Source of the DNA: Okeania sp.
GTDB lineage: Bacteria > Cyanobacteriota > Cyanobacteriia > Cyanobacteriales > Microcoleaceae
Reading direction: 5' to 3'
NCBI RefSeq assembly: GCF_035285525.1
Contig: NZ_JAYKGW010000086.1
Location: forward strand, 1 to 32,000
Length of the DNA stretch: 32,000 bases
The position numbers and the translations under genes were made by a program. This document shows, piece by piece, positions 8,999 through 18,420 of this stretch (positions within the stretch are counted from its first letter, which is position 1; the number at the start of each line of letters is the position of its first letter). The notes beneath the pieces were generated by a model. It saw nothing but the letters and a program-made list of their open reading frames with translations, was not told the DNA's origin and did not search any database.

Positions 8999-9043
8999 GG
9001 GAACAGGTATGGAGGGAACAGGTATGGAGGGAACAGGTAAGGG
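8999..9043. repeat. 15-bp tandem repeat GGGAACAGGTATGGA, 3 copies (the last degenerate)
   Basis: Read directly, upstream of the tpiA start. Confidence 0.85.
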
Positions 9044-9134
9044 TTACGGTTCCCGATAAATCAGTTTTTTTATCTACTTTTTGATTTGTCACAACATCAG
9101 CACGGATTGCTATAAAAATGAAATAATGTTGGCT

Positions 9135-9320
9135 TTACTGGCCAAATTCTAATCTGGCTTGCTCAACTATTTCGACAGTTACTATTTGGGCTTCTGTTTC
9201 TCTGGCCAATTCTTCTATTCGTTTTCGTGCCTGAGTCCTAACAAAATAGGGAATATTTTGCAATTTAGTCTTAGCTTCTGGTGTCCATTGTAGTTCGTCT
9301 ATGAAATTAGAATCGTTCAT
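9135..9320 (-). CDS. Small PCP-reductase-family protein, resembling the C-terminal domain of protochlorophyllide reductase subunit B
   Basis: 61 aa. [30 protein letters not shown]....[10 protein letters not shown] matches my memory of the PCP_red domain pattern (W..eA...l..iPffvR...r..iE..Ar). Confidence 0.6.
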   Translation of the reverse strand: MNDSNFIDELQWTPEAKTKLQNIPYFVRTQARKRIEELARETEAQIVTVEIVEQARLEFGQ

Positions 9321-9482
9321 AATAATTCTGTAATTTGAAAAGGTACTCTAATTATTTCATTTGACCAAAAAGGAAAGTCTTAAACTTCTCCTTTTTAGTG
9401 AAATAAAAATAATAAGCTTTAGTATTTTTAGTATAAGGTTTAGGGGTAGATACTGATAACTGATAACTGAAATTATATCAAC

Positions 9483-10645
9483 CTAATTTTGCCAATAATT
9501 GTTTCTCTTTCGCCAGTGTCGTCGAGCTGAATCTATTGTAATTAATATATAGATTAAAGCAACAGTTGGTAAACCCATAGCATATATTGGTGAAAGTCGA
9601 TAAAATTTAATAATAGGTAAGTAAGCTAAAAACATTAATAATCTTGCTAATCAAGCGATCGCTACTATTTCCCACCAGTTAAAAATTGCTCCTCAAACTA
9701 TTCCTAATGAAAGAATTAAATAAATTAATTTCATTTCTATGACTTTGACTAATAGCAAGAATGGAGAATAATTTAACTGAGCAAAAGCAGTCCGAGCTAT
9801 CATATTCCCAATACTCATCAAATCAGGATAAGAACGCCGACTTTTAGTCTCTGAAGTTAGACCTAACCAAATCTTTTTATTAGTTGATTTTTCTTTAACT
9901 ATTTTAGCCAAAGCACAGTCATATATTAAAGTATTTTTAATAACTTCTATTCCGCCAATTTCATCTAAAATTTGATGACGAATTAACATACAAGCACCAG
10001 CAGCAGCCGTAGAATTTTGAGGATTATTTACCCATTTAAACGGATATAATTTTTGCCAGAAAAATACAACTGCTGGAATCATTAATTCCTCTGCTAAAGT
10101 TTCACATTGTAATTTCGGCATTAGAGAAAATAAAGCTAAATTTTCCTGTTCAGCTTTAACAATAAGTTGACGAATATTTGTGGAACTATGTTCAATATCT
10201 GCATCAGTTAATAAAAAATAACCTGGGGTTGAAATTTGTTGTTTTGCATAATTAATTCCTTGATTAATTCCCCAGAATTTTCCTATCCAACCATTAGGTA
10301 AATCTGTTGCTGAAATAACTTATAGTTTTGTATAATTATAATTTTGTTGAGCTAAATTTTTGGCGAAATTGACTGTATTATCTTGGCTATTATCGTCTAC
10401 TAATATTATTTTAAAATACCCTGGATAATCTTGGTTTAACAGAGAATTTAAAGTTTTTCGTAGTAATTTTTGTTTATTTCTAGCAGGAATTATTACATAA
10501 ACTAACGGCCAAAATTCGAGATTCTTAATTTCTGTTGGTGATGTTGGTAATAGTCGTTTTTCTACTAGCCAAAACTTACCGCGAAATAATAATAAATATA
10601 TCTATATTATTAAATTGAAAATTACTGTTATTAATATAGCAATCA
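9483..10645 (-). pseudogene. Family-2 glycosyltransferase (HpnB-like layout), disrupted by four in-frame stops and one frameshift
   Basis: Hand translation from the ATG at 10645 gives MIAILITVIFNLII*IYLLLFRGKFWLVE, then a frameshift near 10557-10577. It continues KRLLPTSPTEIKNLEFWPLVYVIIPARNKQKLLRKTLNSLLNQDYPGYFKIILVDDNSQDNTVNFAKNLAQQNYNYTKL*VISATDLPNGWIGKFWGINQGINYAKQQ...TDADIEH...MPKLQ..(ORF 9693..10121)..LGIV*GAIFNWWEIVAIA*LARLLMFLAYLPIIKFYRLSPIYAMGLPTVALIYILITIDSARRHWRKRNNYWQN*. Internal stops: TAG 10601-10603, TAA 10320-10322, TGA 9693-9695, TGA 9651-9653. Final TAG at 9483-9485. Confidence 0.8.
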
Positions 10646-10711
10646 TATTTCATTTTTGAGATTTTATGTAGTAACTAAACTAAGAGTAATACTAAATCTG
10701 GCTTACATAGT

Positions 10712-10823
10712 CAGGACTTACACGGGAGGCACTATATATAGAGTCTTGGTGGGTTGTGCGTTGTGCGCTTTTCATGTCGCGTAGCGAAACGCAACCTACC
10801 AATAGCGTTCATGGCTTTAGTCC
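10712..10823 (+). mobile_element. MITE-like dispersed element with AGGACTTA-type termini (copy A)
   Basis: CAGGACTTACACGGGAGG...GCTTTAGTCCT. The internal segment GAGTCTTGGTGGGTTGTGCGTTGTGCGCTTTTCATGTCGCGTAGCGAAACGC recurs inverted at about 11880-11935. A shorter inverted copy lies at 17581-17673. No coding capacity. Confidence 0.65.
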
Positions 10824-10946
10824 TAATACTAATAGGTAATAATTCTAATATTTCACCTTGACGGCAATTCAGATCCCACACTTCCCACACTCCCTACCTT
10901 ATGGCACAATAATATAGGAAAATTATTGCCAAAAGGACTAAGTTCC

Positions 10947-11705
10947 ATGATAACTCAATCTAGATTACAGACTGCCTTAAAAAATGGCCAAGCTTTAAAA
11001 GTAATTAGTGGCTTAACTAATTTGGATAAAGAGAAAGTCGCTGCCACAGTTAAAGCTGCTACTGTGGGTGGAGCAACCTTCCTGGATATTGCTGCCGATC
11101 CTAGTTTAGTAGAAATGGCACGCAACTTAACCAACTTACCTATTTGTGTATCTGCCATTAAACCTGCTAAATTTGTACCAGCAGTAGTAGCAGGAGCTGA
11201 CTTAATTGAAATTGGTAACTATGAAGCATTCTACGCTCAAGGAATGCGTTTTGAAGCAGAAGAAGTTTTGCGGTTAACTCAAGAAACTCGCGAGCTATTA
11301 CCTAATATTACTCTTTCTGTAACTGTTCCCCATCTTTTAGAACTTGATCGCCAAGTACAACTAGCGACTGACTTAGTAAAAGTTGGTGCTGATATTATTC
11401 AAACTGAAGGTGCTGTTAGTGCTAACCCAACTCATCCTGGAACTTTAGGTTTAATTGAAAAAGCTGCTCCTACTATAGCAGCAGCTTATGAAATTTCTCG
11501 TGCTGTTAGTATACCTGTCTTGTGTGCTTCCGGTATTTCTAATGTTACAGCTCCATTAGCGATCGCTGCTGGTGCTGCTGGCGTTGGTGTAGGTTCCGCT
11601 ATTAACAAACTGAATGATGAAGTAGCAATGATAGCAGCAGTTCGTAGTTTGGTGGAAGCTTTGGCGAAGGTTCGTTCTGTAAAAGCAGATGCAATGTCTG
11701 TTTAA
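10947..11705 (+). CDS. ycf23: Ycf23-like DUF561 TIM-barrel protein
   Basis: LKVISGLTNLD, GGATFLDIAADP, ICVSA, GADLIEIGNYEAFY, LSVTVPH, GADIIQTEG, GLIEKAAPT, PVLCASGIS and AAGAAGVGVGSAINKL match my memory of cyanobacterial/plastid Ycf23. The ATG at 10947 has an AAGGA about 10 nt upstream. The ORF-track TTG at 10926 is less likely. Confidence 0.8.
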   Translation: MITQSRLQTALKNGQALKVISGLTNLDKEKVAATVKAATVGGATFLDIAADPSLVEMARNLTNLPICVSAIKPAKFVPAVVAGADLIEIGNYEAFYAQGMRFEAEEVLRLTQETRELLPNITLSVTVPHLLELDRQVQLATDLVKVGADIIQTEGAVSANPTHPGTLGLIEKAAPTIAAAYEISRAVSIPVLCASGISNVTAPLAIAAGAAGVGVGSAINKLNDEVAMIAAVRSLVEALAKVRSVKADAMSV

Positions 11706-11764
11706 TTAGTTTCACCTGGAATGTTATCGTTAATGAAAGTGATTCATAAACGATAACTTTTTGA

Positions 11765-11797
11765 ATGTAGGTTGGGTTGAGGAAAGAAACCCAACAC
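11765..11797. repeat. Single copy of the ATGTAGGTTGGGTTGAGGAA-GAAACCCAACA hairpin repeat
   Basis: Matches the 4721 and 4793 copies with one substitution (aaagaaac versus aacgaaac). Confidence 0.85.
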
Positions 11798-11837
11798 AAG
11801 CTTATGATGTTTGGTTTCGCTCCATGCTTTGCAACAA

Positions 11838-12012
11838 AGTTATATCATGTCCGGTTGAATAGTGTCGCTCCAGTAGGGTGCGTTTGCTACGGGACATGAA
11901 AAGGGCACAACGCACAACGCACCAAGACTCTCTTTGTGTAAGTGTATATCATGTCCGGTTGAATAGTGTCGCTCCAGTAGGGTGCGTTTCGCTACCATTA
12001 GCGTCCATGGGT
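11838..12012 (-). mobile_element. Nested repeat cluster: two direct copies of TATATCATGTCCGGTTGAATAGTGTCGCTCCAGTAGGGTGCGTTT bracketing an inverted partial copy of the 10712-10823 element
   Basis: The direct copies start at about 11840 and 11946. The reverse complement of 11880-11935 reads GAGAGTCTTGGTGCGTTGTGCGTTGTGCCCTTTTCATGTCCCGTAGCAAACGC, close to 10741-10792. A further ATATCATGTCCGGT copy lies at about 28791. Confidence 0.7.
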
Positions 12013-12017
12013 AAGTT

Positions 12018-13358
12018 CTATATAACTTCACCAGTTAAACTAAACGGACGTACTTCCGTAATTTTCACTTTAACTAATTTACCCTTCAACTCATTAATAT
12101 CCCCTGCAAAAAATGTCAGACGGTTGCCACGGGTACGCCCCATAACTTGAGCCGAATTTTTAGGATTAGTATCTTCCACTAAAATTTCTTCCATACGACC
12201 CATATAACGTTGGGATCTTTCCGCAGCTTTCACCCCCACTAAATGATTCAACCGTTGCAGTCTATCTGCTTTCACTTCCTCACTCAATTGATTTTCCCAT
12301 AAAGCTGCTGGAGTTCCTGGTCTCGGAGAATAAGCAGCAGTATTCAATTGGTCGAACCCAATATCCTCTACCAACTTCAGGGTATTCTCAAATTGTGCGT
12401 CAGTTTCCCCAGGAAAACCTACTATAGCATCAGCACTAATAGAAGCATCTGGCATCAGTTCCCGAATTTTATTAATAATTCGGCGATATTTTTCATGGGT
12501 GTAACCTCTTGCCATTGCTTTCAATAATTTATTATCTCCAGACTGAAAAGGAATATGAAAATGTTCGCAAACCTTGGGCAACTCAGCACAAGCTCTAATT
12601 AGACGTTCTGTGAAATAGCGGGGGTGACTCGTAGCAAAGCGAATACGTTCCACACCAGGAACATCATGCACATAGTAAAGTAAATCTGTGAATGTGTGTT
12701 TTTTGCGTCCTTCTGGTGTTACTCCCGGTAAGTCCCGTCCATAAGCATCAATATTTTGTCCCAACAATGTAATTTCTGGATAACCTTGTCGCCCTAAATC
12801 TTCCATTTCCGCGCGGATAGCTTCAGGATAGCGAGACTGTTCGACACCCCGCACACTGGGAACAATACAATAAGTACAATGTTCGTTGCAACCATAAATT
12901 ATATTTACCCAAGCTGTGATTTTACTATCCCGTCTGGGTTTGGTGATATCTTCGATAATATGAATAGGTTCAGTGGCGACTACTTGGTTGCCATTGAAAA
13001 CTTGTTCTAATAAATCTTGCAACCGGTTAGCGTGTTGAGGCCCCATAACTAAATCTAATTCCGGGACTCTTCGCAGTAGTGCTTCCCCTTCTTGTTGAGC
13101 AACACATCCAGCCACAATAAGAGTAAGGTCTGGTTGTTTATGTTTGCGTTTAGCTTGTCTACCCAGGTAAGAGTAGACTTTTTGTTCAGCATTATCGCGA
13201 ATAGAACAGGTATTGTAGAGAATAATGTTAGCATCGTTGGGGTCATCCGAACAGATAAAACCCATATTATCTAGAACACCTGCCATACGTTCCGAGTCGG
13301 CCTTGTTCATTTGACAGCCGAATGTGGTAATGTGATAGCGATGGGAATTTGTATTCAT
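12018..13358 (-). CDS. miaB: tRNA (N6-isopentenyl-adenosine-37) methylthiotransferase
   Basis: [16 protein letters not shown], radical-SAM cluster motif [12 protein letters not shown], and a C-terminal TRAM-like [18 protein letters not shown]. The ATG at 13358 ([18 protein letters not shown]) gives a family-typical ~446 aa. The ORF-track extension to 13451 is probably untranslated. Confidence 0.93.
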   Translation of the reverse strand: MNTNSHRYHITTFGCQMNKADSERMAGVLDNMGFICSDDPNDANIILYNTCSIRDNAEQKVYSYLGRQAKRKHKQPDLTLIVAGCVAQQEGEALLRRVPELDLVMGPQHANRLQDLLEQVFNGNQVVATEPIHIIEDITKPRRDSKITAWVNIIYGCNEHCTYCIVPSVRGVEQSRYPEAIRAEMEDLGRQGYPEITLLGQNIDAYGRDLPGVTPEGRKKHTFTDLLYYVHDVPGVERIRFATSHPRYFTERLIRACAELPKVCEHFHIPFQSGDNKLLKAMARGYTHEKYRRIINKIRELMPDASISADAIVGFPGETDAQFENTLKLVEDIGFDQLNTAAYSPRPGTPAALWENQLSEEVKADRLQRLNHLVGVKAAERSQRYMGRMEEILVEDTNPKNSAQVMGRTRGNRLTFFAGDINELKGKLVKVKITEVRPFSLTGEVI

Positions 13359-13523
13359 AAATGGACTTTGGGAATAAAATGATAGTATACAAGAGTTTAA
13401 TATTATATCACAATCGGACACAGATGTTATTGCCCCATTAATATCTATCACTTTTATAAATCAATAGACATCTACAGTTATAATCTAGGTAAATTAAATT
13501 CATAATCTCCCCCTACTTCTATT

Positions 13524-14102
13524 TTAAAACAAACGTGCCACTGGACAGCTAAAACCAGGCAAGATCGGAGAAGCAAGAGTATCATTAGGAAGCAAAGTAG
13601 CAATTAATTCTAACATCGCCCGATCGCCTCGTCTATACACTTCAATTTGTTGATTTCGCCAATCCACAATCCAATATTCCCGAACTCCTCGTTCTAAATA
13701 TAGCTTTAATTTCAGTTCCCGGTCTCGTCTTTCATTAGTTTGACCTGCTGACAATACTTCTACTACTAACTCCGGTGCCGCCGTCAGATGTCCGCTATCG
13801 TCAATAATTTTTGAGAGGCGATCGCTACTAACCCAAACCAAATCTGGCTCTACATTATTGCCATCGCTAAAAACGATACCCGGAGCAAAAAAAGGCTCGC
13901 CCAGATTAGTAGAATCAGACCATTTCTCCAAATATCCATAAATTTTACCACAGGTGCGTTGATGGTATATATGGGGCGATCTAGTTATCAATAATTCTCC
14001 GTCAATAATTTCATAGCGGTTGCCGTTATTTGGCAAGAGTTCTAAATCTGCTGTTGTCCAGTAAATGCTGTCTTGGTAGTTTTGCGTAAGTTTTGTCTTC
14101 AT
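13524..14102 (-). CDS. Uma2 (DUF820) family PD-(D/E)XK-fold putative endonuclease
   Basis: YEIIDGELLITRSP..H, EPDLVWVS, APELVVEVLSAG..........K..Y...GVREYWIVDW is the characteristic Uma2 pattern. Confidence 0.85.
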   Translation of the reverse strand: MKTKLTQNYQDSIYWTTADLELLPNNGNRYEIIDGELLITRSPHIYHQRTCGKIYGYLEKWSDSTNLGEPFFAPGIVFSDGNNVEPDLVWVSSDRLSKIIDDSGHLTAAPELVVEVLSAGQTNERRDRELKLKLYLERGVREYWIVDWRNQQIEVYRRGDRAMLELIATLLPNDTLASPILPGFSCPVARLF

Positions 14103-14113
14103 TAGTTTTCAGC

Positions 14114-14467
14114 TTAGACATCATAATCAATACAGGTAATTAACACTGCTAACAGTTCCTGAAGAACAGTCTCAGAAACCTGCCCCAAACACCTAACAAA
14201 TCTTTCACTAGAAATACTCCGAACTTGGAGAACATTACCAGCAGAGTCGCTATCCAAACCATTATTCTGAGAACGGGGAATAGAAACCATAAAAGGGCGG
14301 TTTTGAAATTTAGGTTGCCATTTAGCTATAGGAATAACAATTCTGATAGGAATGGAACTAAAAAGGTCAGAACTAATGACAACAGTCGGGCGAGTTTTTT
14401 TGATTTCTTGTCCTCTAGTTGGATCGAGTTCCACCAGCCATATTTCTCCTCGTTTAGGATTCTTCAT
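14114..14467 (-). CDS. mazF: Type II toxin, PemK/MazF-family endoribonuclease
   Basis: KRGEIWLVELDPTRGQEIKKTRPTVVISSD is the hallmark MazF/PemK N-terminus. 117 aa. The start overlaps the upstream gene by 14 nt. Confidence 0.85.
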   Translation of the reverse strand: MKNPKRGEIWLVELDPTRGQEIKKTRPTVVISSDLFSSIPIRIVIPIAKWQPKFQNRPFMVSIPRSQNNGLDSDSAGNVLQVRSISSERFVRCLGQVSETVLQELLAVLITCIDYDV

Positions 14468-14840
14468 CTTCTAAATCCCAATCTTCCCCATCAAGAACCG
14501 AAAACTCTGTTAACTCTGGATCGTTTAAAAAATCTTCAGCAGTTCCAGCTATATAAGGAGCCAAAATCTTGTGGCGTTCTGCAACTGGAAGCCGAGAAAT
14601 TTCCGTCATAGATAGACGACTTGGCGACTCCATAGCTACAGCTTGACTATCAATAGCACCAATTAAATCTCCTGTCAACTCGGACAAAAGTGGTTCTGGC
14701 GTTGGTGTAGTATTTGGCAGAACTCTCTCTTTAGACAATTGAGCAGCAATCCAATTTTCAGGAGTTATACCTTGTTGTCTGGCAACCTCTAAGAGAACTT
14801 TGTAAGTTTGTTCAGGCAGAATAATAGTATGATTTGACAT
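14454..14840 (-). CDS. Putative cognate antitoxin of the MazF-like toxin
   Basis: 128-aa ORF directly upstream with a 14-nt overlap. Acidic C-terminal tail (EFSVLDGEDWDLEDEES) is typical of toxin-neutralising segments. The N-terminal family was not recognised. Confidence 0.65.
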   Translation of the reverse strand: MSNHTIILPEQTYKVLLEVARQQGITPENWIAAQLSKERVLPNTTPTPEPLLSELTGDLIGAIDSQAVAMESPSRLSMTEISRLPVAERHKILAPYIAGTAEDFLNDPELTEFSVLDGEDWDLEDEES

Positions 14841-15194
14841 AAGTTTATAAGTAATTTCTTAGCATTTTAACGCAAAACTCAATATTAATTTTCCTTTGGT
14901 GGGAAGAAGTGCTGATGGAGCCTAGAGACAGCTATATCGGCTTTCCAACAACAACCTTCTCCACTATAAACTCAATCAAGTCCGAGTTGTCGTTGCACCT
15001 CCTGAAATTTTTTGCTCAAGGGAACAAACAAAGAAAATTGGCATTGGTGATTTTGGCTATGGTTTTTCCAAGCAGAGAAACCGGGTTTGTCTTAGATCGC
15101 TTATCATACTAACATCTATCTCCAATAAACTAGGTTTCTTATAAGATTTCATAGTTCTATTCACCAACGCCAGAAAATTCAGTAGCAGATACTG

Positions 15195-16157
15195 TTAACT
15201 ACGATCAATTTCTGCCAAAATTTCATCTAAAATTTCTTGGGCACCTTGCTCTCTCAATTTTTTCGCTAGTTCAATACCTATGTTTTCTGCATCAACAGCA
15301 GCACCAATAACAACATCTTTAACTAATTTTTTACCATCCAAACTGGCAACTAAACCAGTCAAAGTTAGTTGTTCTCCTTCTAGTTGGGTATCAACACCAA
15401 TGGGAACTTGACAACCTCCTTCTAGCTCTCTCAAAAAAGCACGTTCTGCATAACATCTCTGAGCAGTGGGAGTATGTTCCAAACTTTTCAATAAGTCGAA
15501 AATCTCACTATCTCCCTGACGACATTCTATTCCTAAAGCACCTTGTCCGACTGCATGGAGAGATACTTCCGGAGGTATAACTTGATGAATGCGATCGCTC
15601 ATTTCTAATCTATACAAACCAGCATAAGCTAAAATTAGGGCATCATATTCACCAGCATCCAATTTTGCTAGTCTGGTATTGAGATTACCACGAACATCTT
15701 TAAATTCCAAGTGGGGATAATGGTAGCGGAGTTGTGCTAAACGTCGCAGAGAGGAAGTACCGATAACAGCACCTTCTGGCAAAGTCTCCAGTTGTTTATC
15801 TTTGAATTTTTCATGGACAACTAGAGCATCTGCTGGGTTTTCCCGTTCGGTAACGCAACCTAACATTAGACCTTCTGGCAAATTTGTTGGTAAGTCTTTG
15901 AGGGAATGAACTGCTAAGTCGGTTTTATTTTGCAGCATTCCTAATTCTAGTTCTTTGGTGAAGAGTCCTTTATCTCCAATTTTAGATAAGGCTACATCTA
16001 GAATTTTATCTCCTTGAGTAGACATGGTCTCGACTTCAAAGGTAATGTCTGGGAAATTTTTCTGGAGTTCTCCTTGCACCCAATGGGTTTGAACTAGGGC
16101 GAGTTGACTTTTGCGGGAACCGATCCGAACGGTGCGGGTAGAAGCAGATACTGTCAT
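15195..16157 (-). CDS. hemC: Hydroxymethylbilane synthase (porphobilinogen deaminase)
   Basis: [38 protein letters not shown] and EGGCQVPIG motifs. 320 aa. Confidence 0.95.
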   Translation of the reverse strand: MTVSASTRTVRIGSRKSQLALVQTHWVQGELQKNFPDITFEVETMSTQGDKILDVALSKIGDKGLFTKELELGMLQNKTDLAVHSLKDLPTNLPEGLMLGCVTERENPADALVVHEKFKDKQLETLPEGAVIGTSSLRRLAQLRYHYPHLEFKDVRGNLNTRLAKLDAGEYDALILAYAGLYRLEMSDRIHQVIPPEVSLHAVGQGALGIECRQGDSEIFDLLKSLEHTPTAQRCYAERAFLRELEGGCQVPIGVDTQLEGEQLTLTGLVASLDGKKLVKDVVIGAAVDAENIGIELAKKLREQGAQEILDEILAEIDRS

Positions 16158-16466
16158 ATCTTAATGTTAAAATAACTAAATTTGGTCATTCTTTCTAGAA
16201 TACCTTAAATTGGCACATAAATTTTTGAATTGAAAAGTTAAGATATTTTTAACTAAAATTTTCGGTAATTATTTCATATAATTAAGTATGAAATTATTTG
16301 TGGTTTATCTACAGTGAATAGGTATCATAAAATGAATCAAGAAAAAATAGAAGTATTAGAAAAAATTGCTCAGGTTATGGAAAATTTGCCTAGTGAAAGT
16401 TTGTTGGCAAAATGTTAGACTGAAGACCAAAAAGAGAAATGGTATCAACAGAGAAAGCGGAATCTT

Positions 16467-17201
16467 TTGATTGCTAAAGCTTGGCGAGAACAATTGAAAT
16501 TAACTCCAGGCTATACTTTGGATACTGCTGTCGATAATCAAGAAATTGACGCTATTGAAAAAGAAGGAATATTACTACTTATCAAATGTTACTATACCTT
16601 ATGGCAGATAGTTAAAATTGTTGAAACTGATGTACATTCTTTTCATTCATTTCTTCAGTCTATAGTTTCTATTGCCGATTATTTTTCTTGGTCTCTACCT
16701 CAAATTTTTCTTAACTTTTTTAGCAATATATTAAGTCAAAAGTATTCTTTTGATTCTCCCTATGAACTATTTATCGAAATTCTCAGGGAAAATGAGGATG
16801 ATATTTTTTCTGTATGTCTGAGGTACGAAGAAATATCTTTAAAAAAAGCAGAAAGAGGCAGCGAATTAATTAGTAATTTATTATTTGAGGGAATAAAAGA
16901 AGGTTTTTATTATCAACCAAATGATGATGAAATTAAACAAATAAAAAAATATTTCTCTTGGGTAGGTTTTTCTGCTTCATGGCAAGTTATGGTACTTACT
17001 GTTAGTCAATTTTCTGTTCTGAGAAATCCTCAACTTGCCTTGAAATTAAAAGAATTTAATAAATTGACAATAGAATGCAACGATTTAACTAAAACTGCCT
17101 GTCGAAAACGGAAATCAAAAACATGGGATAAGCGTCGCTCCGTTGCCTGGAAAAATGGGAAAAAAGCTTATGCTGAAAATGGTGTATATAAATTCCCTTA
17201 A
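16467..17201 (+). CDS. Hypothetical protein. The ORF-track start is TTG, and the gene is probably the 3' part of a 16332..17201 gene interrupted by an amber codon
   Basis: No ATG lies near the 5' end. An in-frame ATG at 16332 opens 28 plausible codons (MNQEKIEVLEKIAQVMENLPSESLLAKC) that end at TAG 16416-16418, and the same frame then runs on as TEDQKEKWYQQRKRNLLIAKAW. No family recognised. Confidence 0.45.
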   Translation: MIAKAWREQLKLTPGYTLDTAVDNQEIDAIEKEGILLLIKCYYTLWQIVKIVETDVHSFHSFLQSIVSIADYFSWSLPQIFLNFFSNILSQKYSFDSPYELFIEILRENEDDIFSVCLRYEEISLKKAERGSELISNLLFEGIKEGFYYQPNDDEIKQIKKYFSWVGFSASWQVMVLTVSQFSVLRNPQLALKLKEFNKLTIECNDLTKTACRKRKSKTWDKRRSVAWKNGKKAYAENGVYKFP

Positions 17202-17297
17202 CAAAACTTAATACCCAAAACACATTTCCTCTACCCCACAGATAAAGGGATTAAGTTGGAATAGTCAAACTTCAGCTAACAAAACAGGAGAGAAAAA

Positions 17298-17573
17298 ATG
17301 TTGACTTCTAATACTCCAAAAACTGAACGATTCCAACTCGATAATATCTCTGAAATAACAATAGACAAAACGTTAGACAAAATGGAAGAAAATGGAATTA
17401 AAATGGTGAGACAGTTATTTCAAAATTATCAAAATGAAATTCATCAACTTCAGCAAGAAGTTAGTAATCTAAAGATGGTTATCCGCGATAAAGATGAAAA
17501 AATCCAAGAACTAGAATCTTTACCACATCCTGAATCTCCAAATGGAGACGGTATTTGTAACTGGTTAGATTAA
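17298..17573 (+). CDS. Hypothetical small coiled-coil protein
   Basis: 91 aa. AGGAG at 17286-17290 lies 7 nt before the ATG. Heptad-like segment QNEIHQLQQEVSNLKMVIRDKDEKIQELE. Confidence 0.55.
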   Translation: MLTSNTPKTERFQLDNISEITIDKTLDKMEENGIKMVRQLFQNYQNEIHQLQQEVSNLKMVIRDKDEKIQELESLPHPESPNGDGICNWLD

Positions 17574-17580
17574 TCTTAAT

Positions 17581-17673
17581 CAGGACTTAGACATAAACGC
17601 TATAAGTAGGGTGTGTTAGCGCTAGCGTAACGCACCAAGACGCTGTATATAGTTTCTCCCGTGTAAGTCCTGT
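17581..17673 (-). mobile_element. MITE-like element, short copy of the 10712-10823 family in reverse orientation
   Basis: CAGGACTTAGAC...CCCGTGTAAGTCCTG terminal inverted repeats. The reverse complement aligns with copy A (CAGGACTTACACGGGAG..ACTATATA.AG.GTCTTGGTG). Confidence 0.7.
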
Positions 17674-17760
17674 TAATAATCGGAGACTTGCCTAAAAATG
17701 ATGAAATAATCCACTACTTTTTTAGGCATTTTAGTCCAGTAGGTTAGCTTAAGCGATCGC

Positions 17761-18372
17761 TCACCCCAACCTACATATCTCCTTGAGTTGAGGGAGTAAT
17801 ATTTCAAAAGCTCGACCACGATGAGAGAGCGATCGCTTCATTTCTCCAGACATTTCGGCAAAAGTCTTTTCTTCAGAAGGAACATAAAAAATAGGATCGT
17901 AACCAAATCCACCATCACCACGGAGACTATACAAAATTTCTCCACGGGAGATTCCTTCTGCTTCTAAAGCAACCGTACCATCAGGTTTAGCAATAACTAG
18001 AGCGCAGACAAACTGTGCCTGACGATTAGGGTTATTTCCTAATTCTTGCAAGACTCGCTCTATTTGTTCGGGAACAGTAGGAGCGTAACGAGCAGAATAG
18101 ATTCCTGGTTTACCATCCAAAGCATCTACAGCTAATCCGGAATCATCAGCGATCGCCCATTCTCCAGTTGCTTTTGCCACTTCAGTTGCTTTGAGGCGAG
18201 CATTATCTAGAAAAGTTTCCCCAGTTTCTTCTACTTCTAAATCTTTAGGTTTTAACTGTAATTCTAAATTCAAATCTGCCAGATATTCTTGCATTTCTAT
18301 AACTTTTCCCGGATTACCAGTAGCGACAACTAGCAATTTTGGGCTTGTTTTTGTGGGAGTAATATTTGTCAT
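17761..18372 (-). CDS. rdgB: RdgB/HAM1-family non-canonical purine NTP pyrophosphatase
   Basis: LVVATGNPGKV.E, DDSGLAVDALDGKPGIYSARY, GFGYDPIF and SHRGRA motifs. Confidence 0.9.
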   Translation of the reverse strand: MTNITPTKTSPKLLVVATGNPGKVIEMQEYLADLNLELQLKPKDLEVEETGETFLDNARLKATEVAKATGEWAIADDSGLAVDALDGKPGIYSARYAPTVPEQIERVLQELGNNPNRQAQFVCALVIAKPDGTVALEAEGISRGEILYSLRGDGGFGYDPIFYVPSEEKTFAEMSGEMKRSLSHRGRAFEILLPQLKEICRLG

Positions 18373-18420
18373 TTTAGTTATTAGGTTTTAGGGTTATCAG
18401 TGTCTTATTAGGTGGAATCT

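Noticed and set aside
10955-12150. ORFs 10955..11158 (-), 11602..11799 (-), 11840..12031 (-) and 11878..12150 (+)
   Set aside because: They are either antisense to ycf23 or composed of the repeat cluster at 11765-12012. 11878..12150 also runs antisense into the miaB 3' end.
13055-13274. ORFs 13055..13246 (-) and 13092..13274 (+)
   Set aside because: They lie inside miaB in other frames or antisense.
14225-14611. ORF 14225..14611 (+), 128 aa
   Set aside because: It is antisense across the mazF/antitoxin junction, has no start context and gives a low-complexity translation.
14909-15112. ORF 14909..15112 (+), 67 aa, GTG start
   Set aside because: It has no recognisable motif or ribosome-binding site and contains half of the GAAACCGGGTTT repeat. 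Minus-strand translations of the same 354-bp spacer are broken by stops. It is possibly a gene remnant, but I cannot support a call.
18191-18391. ORF 18191..18391 (+)
   Set aside because: It is antisense to the 5' end of rdgB.
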